Program-made: the position numbers and the translations under genes
DNA from: an uncultured Clostridia bacterium
Lineage (GTDB): Bacteria; Bacillota; Clostridia; Christensenellales; UBA1242
Assembly: GCA_944376825.1 (NCBI GenBank)
Contig: CALWDY010000031.1
Span: 1 to 54,177, forward strand
DNA length: 54,177 nucleotides
Direction of reading: 5' to 3'
Shown here: positions 1 through 9,313 of the stretch, in pieces
How the letters are laid out: every line of letters starts with the position of its first letter
Numbering within the stretch: the stretch's first letter is position 1
Notes under the pieces: generated by a model
Database searches by the model: none
Told to the model about the DNA's origin: nothing
What the model saw: the letters and a program-made list of their open reading frames with translations, nothing else

Positions 1-2
1 CA

Positions 3-491
3 ATAGTTATTGATAGCATCAACTTAAACCTTTATAGCATAAGTGGTTGGATTTTTATATTTGTTACAATGCTCGCATATATGACGGGAGTTGTAATCTC
101 GTATTTTATTGGCAAAAAATGGGGAAGCAAAGCAGTTATTTGGTGTGCAGGAAGTGAAGAAGAATATTTAAAATGGGTAAAGGTTATTAACACAAAGGGT
201 AAGTGGTTCTATGCTTTAACCGTTTTGCTCCCTGTGTTTCCCGATGACCTTTTGTGCTTGGTTATTGGAAGCGTAAAACTAAACTTTTGGTTTTACTTTT
301 TTGTAAATTTAATATGTAGGTTTATTGGACTTGTTGCAATGATATATTCACTTCAATTTGTAAACAGTTTAAACAGTTCTGGTTTTCCTTTTACATTAGT
401 TGGTTGGGGAACACTACTTTTAGTTTTAATAGTTGCCTGCATTGTGTTAAAAATTCAACTTGGTAAAGATATCTCTAAAACAAAAAAATAA
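3..491 (+). CDS. DedA/VTT (TVP38/TMEM64-like) membrane protein, 5'-truncated by the window edge
   Basis: The frame is open from position 3 to TAA at 489-491. The protein is hydrophobic and carries LLPVFPDDLLCLVIG, resembling the DedA/VTT (R)LxPxxP...G motif. Confidence 0.7.
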   Translation: MVIDSINLNLYSISGWIFIFVTMLAYMTGVVISYFIGKKWGSKAVIWCAGSEEEYLKWVKVINTKGKWFYALTVLLPVFPDDLLCLVIGSVKLNFWFYFFVNLICRFIGLVAMIYSLQFVNSLNSSGFPFTLVGWGTLLLVLIVACIVLKIQLGKDISKTKK

Positions 492-508
492 TAAAATTTT
501 AGAAAAAA

Positions 509-535
509 TTAGCACTCTCACCTTGACAGTGCTAA
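509..535. promoter_or_regulatory. CIRCE element (HrcA operator) upstream of clpB
   Basis: TTAGCACTC-N9-CAGTGCTAA has one mismatch to the consensus TTAGCACTC-N9-GAGTGCTAA. It overlaps the -35 box. Confidence 0.9.
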
Positions 536-551
536 TTTTTTGTGCTATTAT
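523..551 (+). promoter_or_regulatory. SigA-type promoter of clpB
   Basis: TTGACA (523-528), 17 bp spacer, TATTAT (546-551), with an extended -10 TG at 543-544. Confidence 0.8.
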
Positions 552-609
552 ATTTATGGTTTTTAAGGTGTAAAAAATATTACATTGTTAAAAATCAAAA
601 GGGGGCAAC

Positions 610-3180
610 ATGAATTTTGAAAAATATACGCAAAGTAGTATATCAGTTTTAAATTCTGCACAAGAAAAAGCAAAAAATGATAATTGCTCCGAATTAAAAC
701 AGTCGCATCTTGTTTATGAAATGCTAGATAAAAAAACACTAATTTATGAAATTCTAGAAAAGATGAATATTGATTGTGAGAATTTAAAGAATACTATTTT
801 AAATAAATTAAAAACTTTGCCTACTGTAAGTGGACAAAGTGAGGTTTATGGTTCAAACGAACTTGTAAGTTCTTTAAGCCTTGCCGAAAACATTGCAAAA
901 AACATGAAAGACGAATATGTTTCGGTTGAACATATTTTTATGGCATTTTTAGAAAAGCCAGAAAGTTTGTTAAAGGAAATTTTTAAAGAGTTTAATTTAA
1001 CAAAAGATAGTTTTATTAAAGAATTAAGTAAAATAAGGGGGAATACAAGAGTGGTTACAGACAATCCAGAATCAACATACAATGTTTTAGAAAAGTATGG
1101 AACAGAACTTGTTTCGCTTGCAAAAAATCAAAAAATTGACCCAGTGATTGGAAGAGATAACGAAATAAGAAACACAATACGAATACTTTCAAGAAAAACC
1201 AAAAACAACCCTGTTTTAATTGGCGAAGCAGGTGTTGGTAAAACTGCAATTGTTGAAGGTCTTGCAATAAGAATTGCAAAAGGCGATGTTCCAAGCAGTT
1301 TAAAAGACCGAAAAATTTTCTCACTTGACCTTGGCGCACTTGTTGCAGGTGCAAAATATAGGGGTGAATTTGAAGAGAGATTAAAGGCAGTATTAAACGA
1401 AATAAAAAAGAGTGAAGGCGAAATAATCATGTTTATTGATGAACTTCACACAATTGTTGGAGCAGGAAAAACAGACGGTGCAATGGACGCAGGCAATTTG
1501 CTTAAACCTATGCTTGCAAGAGGAGAACTTCACTGCATTGGTGCAACAACATTAAATGAGTACCATAAATATATTGAAAAAGACCCAGCATTAGAGAGAA
1601 GATTTCAACCTGTTATGGTGAGTGAACCAACAGTTGAAGACACAATTGCAATACTTCGTGGACTAAAAGAAAGATATGAAGTTTTCCATGGAGTAAAAAT
1701 TAGCGATAGTGCACTAATAAGTGCTGCCACGCTTTCAAATAGATATATAACTGATAGATTTTTGCCAGATAAAGCAATCGACCTTGTTGATGAAGCGTGT
1801 GCAATGGTAAAAAGTGAAATAGACAGCATGCCAACCGAAATGGACGATATAAGACATAAGATGATACAACTTGAAATAGAACAAGCCGCACTTAAAAAAG
1901 AAACGGACAAATTAAGTAAAGAACATTTAGAAAACATCAATAAAGAACACGCAAAATTAAAAGAAGAATTTGATACATTATCAGCAAAATGGCAAAAAGA
2001 AAAGGAAAATATTGACCAAATAAACAAAGTTAAACAAGACATAGAAAAAACCAACGCAGACATAGAAAAAGCACAACAAGAATATGATTTGAATAAGGCA
2101 GCAGAACTTAAATATAACAAATTGCCAAATCTTAAAAAACAACTAGAAGAATTGGAACAAAAAGAAACTTCAAACAATTTGTTAAAAAGCAAAGTTACAG
2201 ATGAAGAAATATCACTAATTGTTAGTCGTTGGACACAAATTCCACTTTCAAAACTTCTTCAAAGCGATAGAGATAAACTATTAAATATGGAAACAGAACT
2301 TCACAAAAGGGTAATTGGTCAAGACGATGCAGTTAAAAAAGTCAGTGATGCAATAATTAGGTCAAGGGCAGGAATACAAGATCCAAATAGACCAATTGGT
2401 TCGTTTATGTTCTTGGGACCAACAGGTGTTGGTAAAACCGAACTTTGCAAAACACTTTGTGCAAACTTGTTTGACACCGAGAAAAATTTAATAAGAATTG
2501 ATATGAGTGAATATATGGAAAAATTCTCTGTGTCTAGACTTATTGGTGCACCACCAGGATATGTTGGTTATGAAGAAGGTGGACAACTAACCGAACAAGT
2601 AAGAAGAAAACCATACAGTGTAATACTATTTGATGAAGTTGAAAAGGCACACCCAGATGTATTTAATGTGCTTTTGCAAATACTTGATGACGGTAGAGTA
2701 ACAGACGGACAAGGCAAAACAGTTGACTTTAAAAACACAATAATAATTTTAACATCAAACCTTGGTGCTGACGCCATTATGCAAGGAATACAACTAGATG
2801 GAACAATTAGCGAAGATGCAATAAATCAAGTGAACGCACTATTAAAACAAAGTTTTAGACCAGAATTTTTGAACAGACTTGATGAAATTATTTTCTTTAA
2901 GCCACTTGTAAAAACAGAAATTAAACAAATTGTTGATTTGCTTTTAAATAACTTAAAAGAAAGGTTAAAAGATAAACAAATCATTCTAAATGTAACAGAC
3001 AAGGCAAAAGAGTTTATTATTGATAATGGTTTTGATATAAACTTTGGTGCAAGACCACTTAAAAGATATATTCAAAACAATGTTGAAACAATACTTGCAA
3101 AATATATGCTTGCAAACGATATTGCACCAAACACAACACTTAATGTTGATGTGGATAATGATAATATAACTATTAAATAA
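610..3180 (+). CDS. clpB: ATP-dependent chaperone ClpB
   Basis: 856 aa with a Clp N-domain, NBD1 ([13 protein letters not shown]), a long coiled-coil M-domain and NBD2 ([17 protein letters not shown]). Confidence 0.97.
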   Translation: MNFEKYTQSSISVLNSAQEKAKNDNCSELKQSHLVYEMLDKKTLIYEILEKMNIDCENLKNTILNKLKTLPTVSGQSEVYGSNELVSSLSLAENIAKNMKDEYVSVEHIFMAFLEKPESLLKEIFKEFNLTKDSFIKELSKIRGNTRVVTDNPESTYNVLEKYGTELVSLAKNQKIDPVIGRDNEIRNTIRILSRKTKNNPVLIGEAGVGKTAIVEGLAIRIAKGDVPSSLKDRKIFSLDLGALVAGAKYRGEFEERLKAVLNEIKKSEGEIIMFIDELHTIVGAGKTDGAMDAGNLLKPMLARGELHCIGATTLNEYHKYIEKDPALERRFQPVMVSEPTVEDTIAILRGLKERYEVFHGVKISDSALISAATLSNRYITDRFLPDKAIDLVDEACAMVKSEIDSMPTEMDDIRHKMIQLEIEQAALKKETDKLSKEHLENINKEHAKLKEEFDTLSAKWQKEKENIDQINKVKQDIEKTNADIEKAQQEYDLNKAAELKYNKLPNLKKQLEELEQKETSNNLLKSKVTDEEISLIVSRWTQIPLSKLLQSDRDKLLNMETELHKRVIGQDDAVKKVSDAIIRSRAGIQDPNRPIGSFMFLGPTGVGKTELCKTLCANLFDTEKNLIRIDMSEYMEKFSVSRLIGAPPGYVGYEEGGQLTEQVRRKPYSVILFDEVEKAHPDVFNVLLQILDDGRVTDGQGKTVDFKNTIIILTSNLGADAIMQGIQLDGTISEDAINQVNALLKQSFRPEFLNRLDEIIFFKPLVKTEIKQIVDLLLNNLKERLKDKQIILNVTDKAKEFIIDNGFDINFGARPLKRYIQNNVETILAKYMLANDIAPNTTLNVDVDNDNITIK

Positions 3181-3201
3181 ATTTAAATTGTTGAAAAACG
3201 G

Positions 3202-3236
3202 AAAAAATCACAATATGTTTTATTGTGATTTTTTTT
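3202..3236. terminator. Bidirectional intrinsic terminator between clpB and the convergent YwaF-like gene
   Basis: AAAAAATCACAATA-tgttt-TATTGTGATTTTTT perfect 14-bp stem with A/T tracts on both sides. Confidence 0.8.
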
Positions 3237-3999
3237 CTTTATAAAAAATGTGATGTGTTTGATAATTTTTGTCTTTTAAATAAAAGAGTTTTTGAATATT
3301 ATATATACCATACAACAAAACGGCAAATATAACGATAAGTGAAATTGTGTAAAACCAATTTATTGTAAACCAGCCATATTGTGCTCTTTCTCCAATATAT
3401 AAGAATTCAAAAGGAACTCCGTTAGAATTATATATATAAAAATAGTTTATATTTTTGCCCAAAACATCGTTAAAATACGAGTTTAGAATTATTGATGGTA
3501 TTAAAAGCAAAACTATAACACCAATTCCGTATAAAAACGACTTAAAATCAATTCTAACAATTTTCATTATAACAGCATACAAAGCACCAACAACAATTAA
3601 TAGATGTCCCCAAAAATACGCTTGTGCTCTTATAGAGAAGAAATTGCTGTATCCTGCCAAACTGTCTGCAACAATCAATGAAGAAAATGCTGCAAGCAAA
3701 TTTAAACACCACAAAACAGATGTTGCAATTTTGCTTCTAAAAACAAGAGAAATAAATACCATAATATTTCCAAAATGGCATACTTGCAAAGGTATTATTT
3801 GGGGGTCAAAACCATTTCTAACAAAGATATCAATATTCCTAATAATCAAAACACTAAGCGACAAAACTCCAATAACAATACCTATTATGTATTTTGTTTT
3901 ATAACTCTTGTTTCTTAATATAAAATACAACGGAACCATTATAATTGCTGGCGATAAAATATATAAGTAATGCCAAAAACTCCACATTTGAAATTGCAT
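3220..3999 (-). CDS. YwaF/TMEM164-like integral membrane protein
   Basis: 259 aa with multiple TM segments, an IPLQVCH motif (family LPLHLC-like), a conserved H in FWGH and the NYFY motif. Confidence 0.7.
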   Translation of the reverse strand: MQFQMWSFWHYLYILSPAIIMVPLYFILRNKSYKTKYIIGIVIGVLSLSVLIIRNIDIFVRNGFDPQIIPLQVCHFGNIMVFISLVFRSKIATSVLWCLNLLAAFSSLIVADSLAGYSNFFSIRAQAYFWGHLLIVVGALYAVIMKIVRIDFKSFLYGIGVIVLLLIPSIILNSYFNDVLGKNINYFYIYNSNGVPFEFLYIGERAQYGWFTINWFYTISLIVIFAVLLYGIYNIQKLFYLKDKNYQTHHIFYKEKKSQ

Positions 4000-4085
4000 A
4001 TAAACTCCTTAAAAATATGTAAATGTACAATATATATAAATGTTTATTTTTATTATGTCAATAATATTAGTTATGTGTGTCTTAT

Positions 4086-4325
4086 TTAATCATCTAAATT
4101 TTTTAATTTTAAATAATTGCAATCAAAAAAATCGCTTAACTCAATATTTAAGCCACTACAAATATAATAAATGGAACTAAGTTTAACTGTTTTGGTTTCT
4201 AAGTTTAAAATTGTACTTATTGTGGATTGTGGTACGCCACTAAACTTAAATAATTGATATTGTGTTATATCTTTTTCTTTCATTATTTCTTTTATTCTTT
4301 TTGCAACTGCTTCTTTTAATTTCAT
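4086..4325 (-). CDS. XRE-family HTH transcriptional regulator
   Basis: 79 aa: ITQYQLFKFSGVPQSTISTIL...KLSSIYYICSGLNIELSDFF is a typical Cro/C1 HTH. Confidence 0.88.
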   Translation of the reverse strand: MKLKEAVAKRIKEIMKEKDITQYQLFKFSGVPQSTISTILNLETKTVKLSSIYYICSGLNIELSDFFDCNYLKLKNLDD

Positions 4326-4343
4326 AATTTTTATTCTAACAAG

Positions 4344-4643
4344 TCATTTTTTTATAAACTCAATTATATTTTTCTTTTTGTCGGTAGGCAAAGACTCTAT
4401 CAAATTTTTTAATTCTATGTCAATGTTGTAATCTTCAATATTAGAACTAAAAAATCTTTCAATAGGAAATTCACATATTTTTAAAATTTGTAATAATTTT
4501 TCAACTTTTAAAACAATTCTTCCACTTTCAATTTGTGCAACATATTGTGGACTCATACCCATTCTTTGACTAACTTCTCTTGCAGATAAGTTTGCTTTAT
4601 TCCTTATATAACCAATTCTTGCTAATATTTTTTTAATGTCCAT
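4344..4643 (-). CDS. XRE-family HTH transcriptional regulator
   Basis: Start re-called to ATG 4643 (MDIKK) after an AGGGGG RBS, giving 99 aa. Contains RNKANLSAREVSQRMGMSPQYVAQIESG (HTH_3-like). Confidence 0.88.
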   Translation of the reverse strand: MDIKKILARIGYIRNKANLSAREVSQRMGMSPQYVAQIESGRIVLKVEKLLQILKICEFPIERFFSSNIEDYNIDIELKNLIESLPTDKKKNIIEFIKK

Positions 4644-4718
4644 TAAGCCCCCTTTAATTTTATTTCCATAAATAATTATAAAATAAGAGTTATTATGAAT
4701 GAGTAAATCGCATACATA

Positions 4719-4742
4719 AAATTTCATGAAATTTGCAAATTT
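4719..4742. promoter_or_regulatory. Two overlapping palindromes in the divergent XRE/SLOG intergenic region (candidate operator)
   Basis: AAATTTCATGAAATTT (4719-4734) and AAATTTGCAAATTT (4729-4742) are both perfect palindromes. Confidence 0.4.
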
Positions 4743-4819
4743 GAATACGCATAAACATAAAATTATGTTACACTGATTAGTGAGTGTATTCATTATCGAT
4801 ATTTTGGAGATTTTTTATT

Positions 4820-5371
4820 ATGGAAAAACATAAATCTTGTTGTTTTATTGGTCATAGAAAAATTGAAGTATCAAATTTACTTGAAGAAAAGTTAAAAAAG
4901 GTACTTATTTATTTAATTGAAAAGCAAGGGGTAACAAATTTTTTGTTTGGAAGCAAAAGTGGGTTTAATGATTTTTGTCATGTTGTGGTTACAGAGCTAA
5001 TGAAAACTTATTCATTTATTAAAAGAATTGCATACACTTGCAAAAGTGAAAGTGTTGTTCTTTCAAGTGAAAAAGAAAAGTGGGAACAAATGTATTCAAT
5101 ATTTTTTAAAAAGCAAATTCATTTATTTTGCTACGAAAAAGAAATTGAACATAAAACAAAATACACATCAAATAAAGCAAGTTATATTGAAAGAAATTTT
5201 GCAATGATAGACGACAGTGATTTTTGCGTTTTTTATTATGATGAAAATTATATTCCACCAAAAAAAGATAGCAAAAAAAAGCCACTTGCAAAAACACAGC
5301 AAAAAAGTGGAACAAAAATTGCATACGAATATGCTAAAAGGAAAAATAAAAAAATTATCAATTTGATATAA
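4820..5371 (+). CDS. SLOG-superfamily protein (DUF1273/YspA-like)
   Basis: Start re-called to ATG 4820 after GGAG, giving 183 aa. Motifs CCFIGHR, RNFAMIDDSDFCVFYYD and SGTKIAYEYAKRKNKKIINL match the DUF1273/YspA-type SLOG pattern. Confidence 0.75.
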   Translation: MEKHKSCCFIGHRKIEVSNLLEEKLKKVLIYLIEKQGVTNFLFGSKSGFNDFCHVVVTELMKTYSFIKRIAYTCKSESVVLSSEKEKWEQMYSIFFKKQIHLFCYEKEIEHKTKYTSNKASYIERNFAMIDDSDFCVFYYDENYIPPKKDSKKKPLAKTQQKSGTKIAYEYAKRKNKKIINLI

Positions 5372-5413
5372 ATTTAAAGACAAATTTTTTAATATATTTT
5401 TAAATTTTATCAC

Positions 5414-5442
5414 TTGAATAAAAACAAAGGTTGTATTATACT
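5414..5442 (+). promoter_or_regulatory. SigA-type promoter of the DUF4011 helicase gene
   Basis: TTGAAT (5414-5419), 17 bp spacer, TATACT (5437-5442). The TTG start in the ORF track is this -35 box. Confidence 0.65.
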
Positions 5443-5461
5443 TATTAGGCGAAGGATAATT

Positions 5462-8400
5462 ATGAAAAGTATATATACATATTATAAAGAAAGATTAATT
5501 GAGATAAGTGGTAAAAATAGAAGTTTATACCTTAAAAATTTTAACAAAAAAAATGGTTATGATATTGGTAAAATTTTATATCAAGACCAAGAAAAAGCAA
5601 ATGAACTTTTAGAGCTTTTATGGAATGGAAAAAGTATTCCATTTAAACTTATTTGCAAAGAAAACAAAGAAGCAATTTTAAAAGCCAACAACATTGATGC
5701 AAAATTTCCTGACCAACAATTTGAAAACGAAAAAGACAAACAAAAGTTTGACAGGCAAAAAAGGGAATTTTCAAAAAAGGCGATTTTGCAGGAAGTTCAA
5801 AACCTTAAAAGTTTAAAGCGTGAAATTGAAGAAATAGAAAAGGAAACAGGTAGATATGAATTATATTTATGCTATCCTTTTGTTTATGGTGCTGTAAGAA
5901 ATTATGTTTTTAAAGCACCACTACTAATGTTTCCAATTGTTATTGATGTCATTGATGATTCAAATGTAAATATCTGTTTAAAATATGGTGAGAACATACA
6001 ACTAAACAAAGCACTTATGCTTGCAATGGCAGATGATGCGCATTTAAACTTGGAAGAAATGGAAATGGAGTTTGAATGTTTAAAACCAAAATTTAACAAT
6101 TTGCAAGCGCTTTTAAATTATTTAAAAACATTTGGAATAAAGTTTGATTACAGTTCAAGAAAAAACATTTTTCCATTTAATAGATATGGTGAGCCAAATG
6201 AAAGCAGTAACCTTGAAATTAAACATTTGTGTTTGTTGTCAAGATGCAGTTTGGCAAATTCCATTTATAACGATTATTCTGCACTTGAAAAAAGGCATCT
6301 TACAAATGACAGCATAAACGAACTTTTAAACACCAAAAAAACAAAACATAAAACAGCAAAATATTCAAATTTATATTTAATCAACAATGTTGACTATGCA
6401 CAAGAGCAAGTTGTTAGAAAAGTCAACGAAAGTGGCAACATGGTTATATATGGACCACCGGGAACAGGAAAATCTCAAACAATTGTAAATGTTATTGCTG
6501 ATGCAATTTGCAAAAACAAAAAAGTTCTTGTTGTATCTCAAAAGAAAGCAGCACTAGAAGTAGTTTTCAATAGACTTTCATCACTAAACAGCAAAGCGAT
6601 GTTTATAACTGATGCAGAAAAAGAAAAACGAGTTTTTTATGAAAGATGTTACACTGCACACGAAAATGTTTTGAATAGTTTTTACAGCGAAAAACTATAT
6701 AGAGACTATGAAGAAACAACCAAGCACCTTGAAACAGAAATTAACAATTTAAATGTTATATCAAATTGTTTAACAAACAAAACACCTTTTGGAATATCAC
6801 TTCAAGAAATGTACTATAATTCATACAAAATAGGGAAAAGGTCAACAGAGTATTCAATATACAAACAAATGCTTAAAGAAAAGCAACTTATGGCATTAAA
6901 TTATGAAGAACTAACAAAGGCGCTTAGCATTTTAAACGAAAAAAATAAGGCAGAAATATATTATAATTTTGTTGAAGAAAAAAAGAAAAATCCGTTTATT
7001 GACCACCTAAAAAGTGATTTGAGTGTTCATGTTGTAATTGAAGCGCAAAACAAACTTAAAAACTTGTGTCAAAAACGACAAGCATTGTTTGATGTTGCAA
7101 AATATAAATATTCAAGACAAATTTTGTCATATTACAATCAAGTAAAAGCAAACAAAAATGTTAAACCTCTTGTTAAAATGATTGCAAAATTTGAATATCC
7201 TGATGCAACTAAATTTTTAAACGCAAGTTACATTTTGTTTTTTATGTATCCAATTGCAAAATATAACATGATAAAAAAAGAAAAAATAATAGATCAAGAA
7301 TTCACAAAAACACTAACGGCTATAAATGAGTATGTAAAGGAATATGAGTTTTTAAAAAATGTTTTAACAGAAAGTGGCTACTTAATGGCACTAGATGGAA
7401 TTTTAAATGGAAATAATGCAATTATTAGGCTACTTCTTAGTGCTGTTGAAAACTATATTGAACTTAGAGATACAAACAATATACTTAAAAATCTTGATGA
7501 CTATCAAAAACTTGTTTTAAACTTTGCATACAAAAATACAAATACATTTGCAAAATATATGGAAGTTTTAAACAAACTATTGCCAATTAGAATTTATCAC
7601 GAAATAATTAAGTATGAAACATCACAAAAACAAATTCTTTCAAGCATAGTAGACTTTGAAAACATTAGGTCAAGAATTATAAGTTTAAAGAAACAACAAA
7701 ACGAATTAAGCAAACAAATTGCCGAGCAAAGTTTTATTGAAGAATACAAAAAAATGATAAATGGCAGTCCAACAAGCAAAGATTATATTTATCAAATTTC
7801 TAAAAAACAAAACTTTTGGCCAATTAGAAAAACAATGGAAGTTTATGGCGATTATTTATTTAAACTTTTCCCTTGCTTTTTGCTTTCGCCAGAAAATGTT
7901 TCAACAATTCTTCCACTTAAACGAAATATGTTTGATGTTGTTTTGTTTGATGAAGCATCACAGGTGTTTATAGAAAACACAATTCCAACAATATATCGTG
8001 GCAAAAGAGTGGTTGTTGCAGGGGACGCAAAACAATTAAGACCAACAACAACATTTATGAAAAGATATATGGGGGCAAGTGTTGATGACGATTTGGACTA
8101 TTCAACGCAAGCAGCACTTGAAGTTGAAAGTTTGCTTGACCTTGCAGTGTCAAGATTTGCAAGTAGCAACATTACATATCATTACAGAAGTAAAAACGAA
8201 GAACTTATCGACTTTTCAAACAAGGCGTTTTACTTTGGCAATTTGCAAATTGCACCAAATGTTTCAAAAAATATAAGACACAAACCAATAGAAAGAATAC
8301 TTGTTGACGGAATGTGGCAAGACAGAAAAAATATCAAAGAAGCACAAAAAGTTGTTGAACTTACAAAGCAAATTTTAAAAACAAGAAAAAACAACGAAAC

Positions 8401-9214
8401 AATTGGTATTATAACTTTCAATGTTGAGCAAGAAAACTGCATTGAAGACTTAATGGAAAAACAATGCTTTAATGATGATGAGTTTAGAAACTTGTACATA
8501 AAAGAAACAAACAGGGTTGAAAATGGCGAAGATGTTAGTTTGTTTGTTAAAAACCTTGAAAATGTACAGGGTGATGAAAGAGATATAATAATTTTTTCAG
8601 TAAGTTATGCAAAAAACGAATATGGAAAAGTAAACTCTATTTTTGGTTCACTTTCAAACGAAGGTGGCGAAAATAGACTTAATGTTGCAATCACCAGAGC
8701 AAAACAAAAAATATATGTTGTAACAAGTATTGAGCCCGAAGAACTAAAAGTAGACAACGCAAAATTTGTGGGACCAAAACTTTTAAAAAGTTACTTAACA
8801 TATGTCAGAGCAGTTTCTAATGGAAACAATGAAGAAGTTAAAACCATATTAAATAGTTTTAGTGAAAATTCTTTGCCTTTACCAAAATATTCAAATGTAC
8901 TTCCAATTGAAAATCAAATTGCAACAAAACTAAACAAATTGGGCTACAAAACAGAATTAAATTTGGGAAATTCCGAGAGTAAAATTTCTGTTGCTGTTTA
9001 TGACAGGAAAAAAGATAAATATTTGTTGGGAATTGAAACAGACCAATCTGTTATTCAAAATTCATCTTCTGCACTTGAAAGAGAAGTGTTTAGAAATGAA
9101 TTTCTAAAATCAAAAGGTTGGAAAGTTTACAGAGTTTGGAGTAGAGATTGGTGGCATAATTCAAATCAAGTTATAAATAACATAGTAAAAGAAATTGAAA
9201 GACAAAGCAAATAA
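5462..9214 (+). CDS. DUF4011 domain + SF1 (AAA_11/AAA_12, Upf1-like) helicase + C-terminal Vsr/REase-like domain (Hhe-like architecture)
   Basis: Start ATG 5462 (MKSIY), 1250 aa. YKERLIEISGKNRSLYL is DUF4011-like. Helicase motifs are GPPGTGKSQT, FDEASQ, VAGDAKQL, HYRS, VQGDERD and RLNVAITRA. The C-terminus is LLGIETD...KGWKVYRVWSRDWW. Confidence 0.85.
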   Translation: MKSIYTYYKERLIEISGKNRSLYLKNFNKKNGYDIGKILYQDQEKANELLELLWNGKSIPFKLICKENKEAILKANNIDAKFPDQQFENEKDKQKFDRQKREFSKKAILQEVQNLKSLKREIEEIEKETGRYELYLCYPFVYGAVRNYVFKAPLLMFPIVIDVIDDSNVNICLKYGENIQLNKALMLAMADDAHLNLEEMEMEFECLKPKFNNLQALLNYLKTFGIKFDYSSRKNIFPFNRYGEPNESSNLEIKHLCLLSRCSLANSIYNDYSALEKRHLTNDSINELLNTKKTKHKTAKYSNLYLINNVDYAQEQVVRKVNESGNMVIYGPPGTGKSQTIVNVIADAICKNKKVLVVSQKKAALEVVFNRLSSLNSKAMFITDAEKEKRVFYERCYTAHENVLNSFYSEKLYRDYEETTKHLETEINNLNVISNCLTNKTPFGISLQEMYYNSYKIGKRSTEYSIYKQMLKEKQLMALNYEELTKALSILNEKNKAEIYYNFVEEKKKNPFIDHLKSDLSVHVVIEAQNKLKNLCQKRQALFDVAKYKYSRQILSYYNQVKANKNVKPLVKMIAKFEYPDATKFLNASYILFFMYPIAKYNMIKKEKIIDQEFTKTLTAINEYVKEYEFLKNVLTESGYLMALDGILNGNNAIIRLLLSAVENYIELRDTNNILKNLDDYQKLVLNFAYKNTNTFAKYMEVLNKLLPIRIYHEIIKYETSQKQILSSIVDFENIRSRIISLKKQQNELSKQIAEQSFIEEYKKMINGSPTSKDYIYQISKKQNFWPIRKTMEVYGDYLFKLFPCFLLSPENVSTILPLKRNMFDVVLFDEASQVFIENTIPTIYRGKRVVVAGDAKQLRPTTTFMKRYMGASVDDDLDYSTQAALEVESLLDLAVSRFASSNITYHYRSKNEELIDFSNKAFYFGNLQIAPNVSKNIRHKPIERILVDGMWQDRKNIKEAQKVVELTKQILKTRKNNETIGIITFNVEQENCIEDLMEKQCFNDDEFRNLYIKETNRVENGEDVSLFVKNLENVQGDERDIIIFSVSYAKNEYGKVNSIFGSLSNEGGENRLNVAITRAKQKIYVVTSIEPEELKVDNAKFVGPKLLKSYLTYVRAVSNGNNEEVKTILNSFSENSLPLPKYSNVLPIENQIATKLNKLGYKTELNLGNSESKISVAVYDRKKDKYLLGIETDQSVIQNSSSALEREVFRNEFLKSKGWKVYRVWSRDWWHNSNQVINNIVKEIERQSK

Positions 9215-9244
9215 AAATCCAAGGGTTTTACCCGTGGATTTTTT
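9213..9244 (+). terminator. Intrinsic terminator after the helicase gene
   Basis: AAAAATCCA-AGGGT-ttt-ACCC-g-TGGATTTTT hairpin followed by a T run. Confidence 0.75.
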
Positions 9245-9252
9245 ATTTGTAC

Positions 9253-9300
9253 AAAAAACCCAAAAACTTTCGTTTAGGTACCAAACTTTTGTTTTTGGGT
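9253..9300 (-). terminator. Probable terminator for the convergent TIM-barrel/GNAT gene
   Basis: ACCCAAAAAC (9258-9267) pairs with GTTTTTGGGT (9291-9300). The adjacent A run at 9253-9258 gives a U tract on the minus strand. Confidence 0.55.
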
Positions 9301-9313
9301 ATTTTTTAATATT

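Noticed and set aside
4644..4819. Longer N-termini in the ORF track (also at 5414, 12592, 14479, 15722, 18603, 19985, 24426, 46406, 47515)
   Set aside because: Downstream ATGs have proper SD sites or overlap coupling and match family starts. Several upstream TTG/GTG 'starts' fall in promoter boxes.
4000..5410. Transposon, prophage or ICE as carrier of the XRE-SLOG cassette
   Set aside because: No integrase, transposase, relaxase or flanking direct repeats were found. Mobility is unsupported.
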